Positions 57,613 through 64,000 of a DNA stretch of 64,000 nucleotides are shown piece by piece. The notes beneath the pieces are model-generated. The model was not told the origin of the DNA. It ran no database searches and saw only the letters and a list, made by a program, of their open reading frames with translations. This DNA comes from an uncultured virus (IMG/VR IMGVR_UViG_3300040816_000784) (taxonomy: Duplodnaviria; Heunggongvirae; Uroviricota; Caudoviricetes). The stretch is from the IMG/VR virus record IMGVR_UViG_3300040816_000784; one strand, given 5' to 3'. Made by a program: the position numbers and the translations under genes. Every line of letters begins with the position of its first letter. The stretch's first letter is position 1.

Positions 57613-58353
57613 TTATATTATAACTCCTAACTTTGCTTTTGTCAACAATTCTTTTTCGCTTTTATACTCTCCAACTAAGTAATCGCCAGCCATAACATCA
57701 CTTAGAGATAAATGGCCTTCATTTGTAGTACCGTCTTCTAATATAGCACCAGCATGTTGGTTAGTAATTTTAAGTGTACCATTAAGTATGTCCTCACTAG
57801 GAACAAGATACATGTTTACTTGATCTCTACAAACTAGCACACAAAGAATATAATCAAACTCTTTTGCTTTTGTTTGTTGAAAACTGCCATTACCACTTTG
57901 CGAAATATCTGCAAATGATAATGCACGTTCTTCAAGTAGGCTAGGAATAGCCTGATACTTCTTGCCTTTATTTTTAGGCTTACCACTGGCCGCCCTTATA
58001 ACTTTGATTTCTACTTTAAGCATATCATTGCCTTTCTCAAGTAGTCTATCAAAGTTAGTAGCCTTACAGTTGTTTGCTTTGTAAAACTCCTCGTAGATAA
58101 CTTTGGTTTGTTTGGTCTTAGTCAAGATATCAATAAACTTATCTTCAACTATTTCTTCAACAGTTTCACCAATACCTGTACCGTAATTAGCATACAAGTT
58201 GTAAAAAGGAAAGTCTGCTGTTTTTATAGACTCGATAACTTTGTCTAGCAGTTGAGGACTATGTTTAAGTGCCTCAAAGAAGTCTAGTGTATCACCAGCA
58301 GTATCCTCAGACCTTTCAAAACCAATTGCTTCTAAAACATGTTTATCTAACAT
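57613..58353 (-). CDS. PD-(D/E)XK nuclease, restriction-endonuclease-like
   Basis: GETVEE helix, FDRL...VEIKVIRA, FQQTK..FDYILC. Confidence 0.6.
   Translation of the reverse strand: MLDKHVLEAIGFERSEDTAGDTLDFFEALKHSPQLLDKVIESIKTADFPFYNLYANYGTGIGETVEEIVEDKFIDILTKTKQTKVIYEEFYKANNCKATNFDRLLEKGNDMLKVEIKVIRAASGKPKNKGKKYQAIPSLLEERALSFADISQSGNGSFQQTKAKEFDYILCVLVCRDQVNMYLVPSEDILNGTLKITNQHAGAILEDGTTNEGHLSLSDVMAGDYLVGEYKSEKELLTKAKLGVII
57617..57645 (-). promoter_or_regulatory. Consensus sigma70 promoter (leaderless)
   Basis: TTGACA-17 nt-TATAAT, 6 nt before ATG 57610; lies in the 3' end of the upstream gene. Confidence 0.8.
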
Positions 58354-58715
58354 TATTTGACCACCGTTCTTAAAACTTCAACTATTACTTTACCGTATTT
58401 GGCAAACCACCCTTGATCTTCTGCCATTGCTAGTTCAGGCATCAGCATAAGTGCTGTTTCTGTGCCTAAGAATGCATTACCAATTAGTAAAAAGCCTGCA
58501 CTTGATACTAGTAGGTACATGTGATCGTTATCTCTGAAACTGTGAATTATAATCAACAAGGTTCCAAAAATCATTGATAGGTATGCAAATATTTCCATGT
58601 CAGGATTGCTTTTACCTAGTGCAACGGTCATTCCAATAAACAAACTGGAACAACCGATTATCTTCAAAGTGGTTTGAACAACACTATGAATTTTTTGCTT
58701 TTGCTTCTTAGTCAT
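58353..58715 (-). CDS. Three-TM membrane protein
   Basis: Hydrophobic segments in a 120-aa ORF. Confidence 0.65.
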   Translation of the reverse strand: MTKKQKQKIHSVVQTTLKIIGCSSLFIGMTVALGKSNPDMEIFAYLSMIFGTLLIIIHSFRDNDHMYLLVSSAGFLLIGNAFLGTETALMLMPELAMAEDQGWFAKYGKVIVEVLRTVVK

Positions 58716-58721
58716 TATTCC

Positions 58722-59237
58722 TTATTGGATAATGCCGTTAGACAGTTCGTATTGGATAGCAATACTGTTAAACAAGTTATAGTACTCGTCATCACTGTTT
58801 GGTCTGTGTTCTGAACCATAAAGGTCAGCATCAACAAAGTTCCAATTCACTGAACCGTCTTTGTTAGTGTTTTCGTCTGAACTGACTGCTCTGTTAAATG
58901 CTCTAGCAAACTCGCTATCAAAAGTAACACCAGGTCTGTAAGCGGCACCTTTACCAAAGAAACCCATTTTTTCTAATGCATGACCAACTGAGTTGAGTGA
59001 AAACTTACCACTGTCTCCATCAGCATCACCTAAAGTGATTTGCATTGGATCATCAATAATATAGAACTTGTCTTCACCAAGTTCACCAAAGTTCTTAGAC
59101 ACATAGTCTTCTACAAACTTTTTACCCTTTTCAAATGCTTCAGCATCATTAGTTCTGTATTGCATATCGTACATTTCCATACCTTTCTGCAACATTGTTG
59201 GCTCTTGTTGTTCGCCTAAAATTCTAACATTTAACAT
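58722..59237 (-). CDS. Hypothetical early protein
   Basis: 171 aa; AGGAG SD and own promoter. Confidence 0.7.
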   Translation of the reverse strand: MLNVRILGEQQEPTMLQKGMEMYDMQYRTNDAEAFEKGKKFVEDYVSKNFGELGEDKFYIIDDPMQITLGDADGDSGKFSLNSVGHALEKMGFFGKGAAYRPGVTFDSEFARAFNRAVSSDENTNKDGSVNWNFVDADLYGSEHRPNSDDEYYNLFNSIAIQYELSNGIIQ

Positions 59238-59272
59238 AAAAAACTCCTACTGTTTTATTAAATTATGTATAT

Positions 59273-59308
59273 ATTATAGCAAAAAAGGCCGAACGAGTCA
59301 ACCTTTTT
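59273..59308 (-). promoter_or_regulatory. Early promoter, AAAAAGGTTGAC class
   Basis: AAAAAGG-TTGACT-17 nt-TATAAT. Confidence 0.8.
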
Positions 59309-59329
59309 GCCACTTTTTTTGGTATTTTT

Positions 59330-59530
59330 TTACGATTTTTTGCTATTAAGTAGTCTCAAATCACCCATTGTATAGGCTACAAACAATAATATGGGTGTGA
59401 AAGCCAATGCAATTTGAGTGTTTTTAGACACATCTAGCATACTGATTAGGTAGTTATATCCATACACTACTGCAAACATAGTGAACAAAATACCCAGTCC
59501 AATTGAGGTTTTTTTGATAATATCTAACAT
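59330..59530 (-). CDS. Small two-TM protein
   Basis: 66 aa; AGGAG SD. Confidence 0.65.
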   Translation of the reverse strand: MLDIIKKTSIGLGILFTMFAVVYGYNYLISMLDVSKNTQIALAFTPILLFVAYTMGDLRLLNSKKS

Positions 59531-59562
59531 AAATTTACTCCTGTTATGTGTTTAATTACTCT

Positions 59563-59601
59563 ATTATAGTACTACATCTAGTATGTAAGGTCAACCTTTT
59601 T
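59563..59601 (-). promoter_or_regulatory. Early promoter, AAAAAGGTTGAC class
   Basis: AAAAAGG-TTGACC-17 nt-TACTAT(AAT). Confidence 0.7.
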
Positions 59602-59615
59602 CACAATATATAGTC

Positions 59616-59643
59616 AAAAAAATACCCTCCGAAGAGGGTATTT
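59616..59643 (-). terminator. Intrinsic terminator after the porin gene
   Basis: Minus strand AAATACCCTC-TTCG-GAGGGTATTT plus T tract; UUCG tetraloop. Confidence 0.85.
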
Positions 59644-59666
59644 AAACTCATAATCGGGGTGTCGAT

Positions 59667-60275
59667 TTAGAATTTGTATGAGTAGCCAACATAAAAGTTG
59701 TCAACGTCTTGTACCTTATCTAAAAGGTCTTCGTCGTTGTTATCGTGATCGATAAAACCAACTTTTACTGAACCACCCGCTAAGTCAAAAGACTTAGATA
59801 CTTCAATGTAAGAACCTGCATTGTCCCAGTCGCCATAGGCAACGTCAACAACTTTTAATGCACTTGTTTCTACTAAGTAGAAATCACCTGCATCGTCAAG
59901 TCCTTTAGCATAGTATACGCCAAATAGATCAAAGTTTGCTGAAACGCCCACTTCTTCCCATCCGTCAATGTCAATACCTTGGTAGCCACGGTCAACGTAT
60001 GCAACGTTTAAATCAACGCCACCTAAGTCAAAACCATAACCAACCATAGTAGTTGTCATTAAATCTGAAGTTTCATTCAAAGACATAACTTTTGCACCAG
60101 CAAAGATACCATTATCAAGACTTACTAAGCCTTGTGCTGAATATCCAATACCGTCACTCATAGTTACACCTCTGAAGATATTATCAGATGCGATACCAAC
60201 TTTACCACTAATATCAGCGGCAAATGTTGGAGTCGATAGCATAATTGCTACCATAAATGTGAATATACCTTTCAT
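59667..60275 (-). CDS. TorF-family / outer-membrane beta-barrel protein
   Basis: Signal peptide, ISGKVGIASDNIFRGVTMSD, C-terminal VGYSYKF barrel signature. Confidence 0.8.
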   Translation of the reverse strand: MKGIFTFMVAIMLSTPTFAADISGKVGIASDNIFRGVTMSDGIGYSAQGLVSLDNGIFAGAKVMSLNETSDLMTTTMVGYGFDLGGVDLNVAYVDRGYQGIDIDGWEEVGVSANFDLFGVYYAKGLDDAGDFYLVETSALKVVDVAYGDWDNAGSYIEVSKSFDLAGGSVKVGFIDHDNNDEDLLDKVQDVDNFYVGYSYKF

Positions 60276-60351
60276 ATATTCCTCCTTTCTTATATACGTT
60301 ACTGAATTTTAAAGACGACTAAGGCCGGCCTTTTGCGACAGTAACTATTCT

Positions 60352-60389
60352 ATTTTACTAAAAATTGACTCTAAGGTCAACCTTTTTTT
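60352..60389 (-). promoter_or_regulatory. Early promoter, AAAAAGGTTGAC class
   Basis: AAAAAAAGG-TTGACC-17 nt-TAAAAT. Confidence 0.75.
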
Positions 60390-60477
60390 GGGAGTATTTT
60401 GAATCTTTTTTTGATATTATAAGACTTTTATTTATCAATAGTTTGTGCGATTTTTATGCAGACTCTTTAGACGATCC

Positions 60478-60508
60478 AAAAAAAAGCACCCTTAAGGGTG
60501 CTTTTTTT
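60478..60508. terminator. Intrinsic terminator
   Basis: AAAAAAAGCACCC-TTAA-GGGTGCTTTTTTT. Confidence 0.85.
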
Positions 60509-60522
60509 CTAACAGTTAGTTG

Positions 60523-60786
60523 TTACACTAAGCCGTTTGCCATTGCTTTATAACCAGCGGCAATAACAGCTCTCGAAGGTGTACCTAAACGGTATACATT
60601 TCTGCTTCTGTTTTTAGTGTCGGTCACTGTGTTCAAATAGATAGGATATCCTTTGAATCTTAGTGATTGAATCACTGCTTGTGGGTTACCAGCACCGAAA
60701 AAACTTCTGATTTGTGCTGAAGATAAAGTTCTGCCTTCTTGTAAAGCGGCTAAAACTTTGCTTTCTTTAGTTGTTGATGTAGTCAT
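60523..60786 (-). CDS. Small winged-helix-like DNA-binding protein
   Basis: KVLAALQEGRTLSSAQI...NPQAVIQSLRFKGYPIY...YRLG; AGGAGG SD. Confidence 0.65.
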   Translation of the reverse strand: MTTSTTKESKVLAALQEGRTLSSAQIRSFFGAGNPQAVIQSLRFKGYPIYLNTVTDTKNRSRNVYRLGTPSRAVIAAGYKAMANGLV

Positions 60787-60843
60787 ATGACCTCCTAATT
60801 TTCAACTTTTTGGTTAGAACACCCTTGCTCTAACTTGTATACT

Positions 60844-60878
60844 ATTATACACATTTTATACACAAGGTCAACCTTTTT
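60844..60878 (-). promoter_or_regulatory. Early promoter, AAAAAGGTTGAC class
   Basis: AAAAAGG-TTGACC-16 nt-TATAAT. Confidence 0.75.
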
Positions 60879-60897
60879 ATGAATATTCCTATATCCA

Positions 60898-61329
60898 TCA
60901 TCCTTTATATCTCTCTGCTAGGTACGTTTGGTGATGTTTCCAAACGCCTTTATCTATAAAACCCCATTCTCTTACATGGGGACCTGGAATAAATAGAGTC
61001 CAAGTATCAACGCCAGGCTCCAACTCAATGCGGTGTAGGCTACGACTGCCTGCAAAACGACAGGAACCGGGCCTCCGCCATTTTCGTTCGCCAGTTTTAA
61101 GGTGCTCCCAATAGCCACCTTTAAGGATAATAGTGCAATAAGGCCAAGGATGGTCATGTAAATCATCTGGGTCTCCTTTGTGAAAGTTATGTAAAAATAT
61201 GTTGAAAGGGAACCACTTGCGTTCTTTTAAAAACAAGTAGTACCTAGTTAAATATGGTATGTTACTTTGTCTATCTAGTATTACCCTTTTTCGTCCAAGA
61301 GCATCTAAAAACTTTAGAAAAAGTGTCAT
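60898..61329 (-). CDS. Cupin-like protein
   Basis: LHDHPW...LKGGYWE...HRIEL...WTLF..REWGF. Confidence 0.75.
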   Translation of the reverse strand: MTLFLKFLDALGRKRVILDRQSNIPYLTRYYLFLKERKWFPFNIFLHNFHKGDPDDLHDHPWPYCTIILKGGYWEHLKTGERKWRRPGSCRFAGSRSLHRIELEPGVDTWTLFIPGPHVREWGFIDKGVWKHHQTYLAERYKG

Positions 61330-61341
61330 ACTGTGTAATAC

Positions 61342-61779
61342 CTATTTGTTTGCTTCTGATACACGTTTGCGTAAACTACTACTACTAAAAGAATGATCTC
61401 TTCCATTGTATATAATTTTACTGCCACGTTGCTTGGCAATGTCTTTGCCAGTGAAGTCTTTTGTTTTATACTCGTCACCTAAGATACGAACGTCTATTGG
61501 TAATGTGAGCAGTAAATCAATTAAATCTTGTTCTGTGTTGTAGATAACAATTTCATCTACATACTTTACTGCCGCTAGTTGTATTTGTCTTTCGACAATG
61601 CTCTGCACTGGTGCATTCTTTTCTGGACGGTCTAATGTAGGGTCGTTTTGTAATCCTACTATTAAAAAGTCACAATGTCGTTTGGCTTCTTCTAACATTG
61701 TAACATGTCCTGCATGTAGCAAATCAAATGTGCTACATGTAAATCCTATTTTACCGCAATCTTTATAATGTAGTCTCAT
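61342..61779 (-). CDS. Cytidylyltransferase (glycerol-3-phosphate CT-like)
   Basis: TFDLLHAGH, VKYVDEI, RDHSFSSS. Confidence 0.88.
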   Translation of the reverse strand: MRLHYKDCGKIGFTCSTFDLLHAGHVTMLEEAKRHCDFLIVGLQNDPTLDRPEKNAPVQSIVERQIQLAAVKYVDEIVIYNTEQDLIDLLLTLPIDVRILGDEYKTKDFTGKDIAKQRGSKIIYNGRDHSFSSSSLRKRVSEANK

Positions 61780-61957
61780 CTCTTATAACCGGTCGTTTAC
61801 AGTAATCTAATTTACCTGCCTGTGTTTCATGTGGTATAAAATCAGCATTCTTTATAACTCGCCTAAGTTCTTTATCTAACTTTCTACCATCGTTTAGTAG
61901 TTCATTACTGTAAGGTAATTCTACAGTAATAGTTGCTCTAATTATTTTATCTGCCAT
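61763..61957 (-). CDS. Hypothetical protein
   Basis: 64-aa ORF coupled to neighbours. Confidence 0.55.
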   Translation of the reverse strand: MADKIIRATITVELPYSNELLNDGRKLDKELRRVIKNADFIPHETQAGKLDYCKRPVIRDETTL

Positions 61958-62397
61958 TATGAATAATCTTGTAACATTTTCCTTATTTCTAATGCGTGTT
62001 GTTCTTCCATGCCAATTTGCCCTCTTGCATATTCTTCAAGCATAATACTTGCATCAGCAACTTCCATTAGTAGTTCTTTGTATGTCTCTACTGCTTTCAT
62101 TTCGTGTTCTAAACTCTCAGTGAGAATTTGTTCAACACTATGATTGTGATTTTCTTCAATAGCAGATATATTTTGACTTGGGTGTCCACCAAAGCCTGTG
62201 ATGTACTCACCTGCTTGTAAGGCATGTGCTAAACTTTCGTTTGCCTGTTCCTGTAAAAATGTCACAATAGGAATCCTATTGGGTCCAGTAACCATCAGTG
62301 AACTGTGAGCATATCTAACTACTCCAGCCATTTCTAATTCCACAATTCTGTTAAGTATATCGCATACTTTGGATGTGTTTAATTCTTTCAATTCCAT
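61957..62397 (-). CDS. Bacterioferritin / ferritin-like protein
   Basis: ELEMAGVVRY, ESLAH, EHE, EEQH di-iron pattern. Confidence 0.85.
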   Translation of the reverse strand: MELKELNTSKVCDILNRIVELEMAGVVRYAHSSLMVTGPNRIPIVTFLQEQANESLAHALQAGEYITGFGGHPSQNISAIEENHNHSVEQILTESLEHEMKAVETYKELLMEVADASIMLEEYARGQIGMEEQHALEIRKMLQDYS

Positions 62398-62403
62398 ATG
62401 TCC

Positions 62404-62853
62404 TTATTTTCCTGGTAAGCCTGCTTCTATAAACTTACCGATTGTTTCCATATCTTGGTCACTGAGCATTCCTGCCTGTGCCCACATAGTGCTACTCATA
62501 GCACCTACTTGTCCTCTGTTCTTGTAAGTGTTAAGTCTACCTACAATATAGTCTGAACTCTGTCCTGCTAGTTTAGGGAATGGTCCCATACCTTCACCTG
62601 CTTGTCCATGACATGCGGCACAACCTGCCCATAAACTTCTAATACTGCTGAACTCATCTGCGTTAGCAAGTTCTTTTTTACGTTGTTCTATTTCAACAAC
62701 TGTGCCGTTAAGTGCTACATACTCTTCGTAGCATTCTCCTGTACAGGCACCCGAACTGGAAAAACCCGTGTATTCTAAATCTGGGTATACTTTAAATCCA
62801 AAGAACACCGCTATTGCTAGTGTTCCTAATAATGCCATTCCTAATTCTTTCAT
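62404..62853 (-). CDS. Membrane-anchored c-type cytochrome (c553/c4-like)
   Basis: N-terminal TM, CAACHG, FPKLAGQ, distal Met (STMWAQA), LSDQD. Confidence 0.9.
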   Translation of the reverse strand: MKELGMALLGTLAIAVFFGFKVYPDLEYTGFSSSGACTGECYEEYVALNGTVVEIEQRKKELANADEFSSIRSLWAGCAACHGQAGEGMGPFPKLAGQSSDYIVGRLNTYKNRGQVGAMSSTMWAQAGMLSDQDMETIGKFIEAGLPGK

Positions 62854-63632
62854 TACTCTCCGTTGTAATACTCAAGACGTTCTATATCGTCTTCAGTGGT
62901 TTCTTCACCATATTGTATTTCTATAATATGACATGGTTGATCACTTTCATTTATTACTTGATGCCAGTCACCTTTTTTAATATGAATAACTTCATCAGTC
63001 TTTAAAGTAGTCATTATAAAATCGTTTGGATTGTTTGTGTCTAGTCCATGTTTTATATAACACTCACCTTTACTAACAAACCACATTTCACTACGTTTAA
63101 AGTGTCTTTGGTAACTGATACCTTTACCTGGTTCTATTACCAATTCTTTAACTTTAACTGCTGAGTCTTGAAACAAGTCACTGAACTCGCCCCACACTCT
63201 ACGTTCTGTTGGGTACTTCCATTCTTTGAGTATCCAACTACTGCTATTGGCTTTGTTATCGCCACCAACAGCAAATTCAAACTCATAACCCTCAACATCC
63301 ATTTCTGGTATGTTGTCTTTACCTCTGTCGCCGCCATTACAAAATACATATTTGTGTTGATGACCAAATGCATTTCTAACTTGTATGAGACCGTGTGTTA
63401 CACTGCCATCACTGTCATCAACAGCATACACATTGTCTACCATATCCATGCGTTGAATTATAATTGAGCGTTCTTCAAAAGGCATAAAAGGTCTGCCCTT
63501 CTTTCTAGTGAGCCATTCGTCACTGTTTACCAGTACAACAAGTTTGTCACCATATGCTTTTGCACTTTCTAATAGATTTATATGACCAGAGTGCAGTGGA
63601 TCGAAACCTCCACTAACAACAACTATTTTCAT
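62853..63632 (-). CDS. Cytidylyltransferase fused to mannose-6-phosphate isomerase-type cupin
   Basis: SGGFDPLHSGH, NGGDR, KANSSS; then RVWG, SYQRHFKRSEMW, IIEIQYG..EDDIER. Confidence 0.88.
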   Translation of the reverse strand: MKIVVVSGGFDPLHSGHINLLESAKAYGDKLVVLVNSDEWLTRKKGRPFMPFEERSIIIQRMDMVDNVYAVDDSDGSVTHGLIQVRNAFGHQHKYVFCNGGDRGKDNIPEMDVEGYEFEFAVGGDNKANSSSWILKEWKYPTERRVWGEFSDLFQDSAVKVKELVIEPGKGISYQRHFKRSEMWFVSKGECYIKHGLDTNNPNDFIMTTLKTDEVIHIKKGDWHQVINESDQPCHIIEIQYGEETTEDDIERLEYYNGE

Positions 63633-64000
63633 TATGCTACACCGCGTGAGCGAAGCCTTCTTTGTATAGCCTCTTTGTATTGAGCATGTTTACGTTTCTT
63701 ACGTTTACACTTCATCCACTTAGTACCAGTTGACTGATACATGTGAAAGTCTCCACGTTGCTCTGCATCTCTAACGTATTTGCTCCAACGTTTTTTTGCT
63801 TGGTCCTTCATACGTTTACGTTTAACTGAAGGCTTTTCGTAATATTGCTGTTTAGCAATTTCTTTTTGGAAATCAGATTTTTCTAATCTCTTCTTGAGAA
63901 TTCTAATGGCTTTATTTACATCACCATTTCGAACTTCAATACTGGCATCAAATTCTTTTTCTTTAGGTTTAGTTTTATCGAACTTTTTCTTAAAGTCTCT
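63632..64000 (-). CDS. rpsU: Ribosomal protein bS21 with N- and C-terminal extensions; 5' end outside the window (not in ORF track)
   Basis: IEVRNGDVNKAIRILKKRLEKSDFQKEIAKQQYYEKPSVKRKR core; frame open from 64000 to TAA at 63632. Confidence 0.85.
   Translation of the reverse strand, partial: RDFKKKFDKTKPKEKEFDASIEVRNGDVNKAIRILKKRLEKSDFQKEIAKQQYYEKPSVKRKRMKDQAKKRWSKYVRDAEQRGDFHMYQSTGTKWMKCKRKKRKHAQYKEAIQRRLRSRGVA

Noticed and set aside
60300..60346. c-di-GMP-I riboswitch in the porin leader
   Set aside because: Only a GCAAA..CCGGCCU resemblance; the GNRA-capped first stem and overall length are missing
1..64000. Bacterial chromosome origin suggested by clp, suf, fab and ribosomal genes
   Set aside because: These genes are interleaved with fibres, spanin-like genes, an RFC-type clamp loader, a split DnaE and TAAATA boxes, and lack normal cellular operon context
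1..64000. tRNA, rRNA, CRISPR array or stop-codon reassignment
   Set aside because: No cloverleaf, rRNA-like or regularly spaced repeats seen; conserved genes are full length in the standard code and use TAA, TAG and TGA as stops

Overview
AT-rich, gene-dense, mostly minus-strand segment of a large (jumbo/T4-like) phage genome. The host is probably a marine Gram-negative bacterium (inferred from a spanin-like pair, a TorF-type porin, clamp loader, PhoH, GroES-like co-chaperonin, long fibre-like virion proteins and a recurrent TAAATA late-promoter box). It carries many host-type genes: a complete SUF Fe-S system (sufA/iscA, B, C, D, S, E, T), ClpA/ClpP/ClpS, DnaJ, Hsp20, ACP and FabF, NadE, GuaC, peroxiredoxin, bacterioferritin, cytochrome c, and ribosomal proteins bL33 and an extended bS21. 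The most striking signals are non-coding: (1) a ~370-nt highly structured RNA upstream of hsp20 with internal repeats, GNRA loops and a possible pseudoknot, which I cannot assign to a known class; (2) a tandem glnA-motif (glutamine-I) riboswitch in front of an unannotated 49-aa ORF; (3) a ~200-nt structured leader in front of a 55-aa membrane peptide; (4) at least 14 genes whose promoter box sits 4-7 nt from the ATG, i.e. apparently leaderless mRNAs. All assignments are by eye from motifs; no database searches were run.
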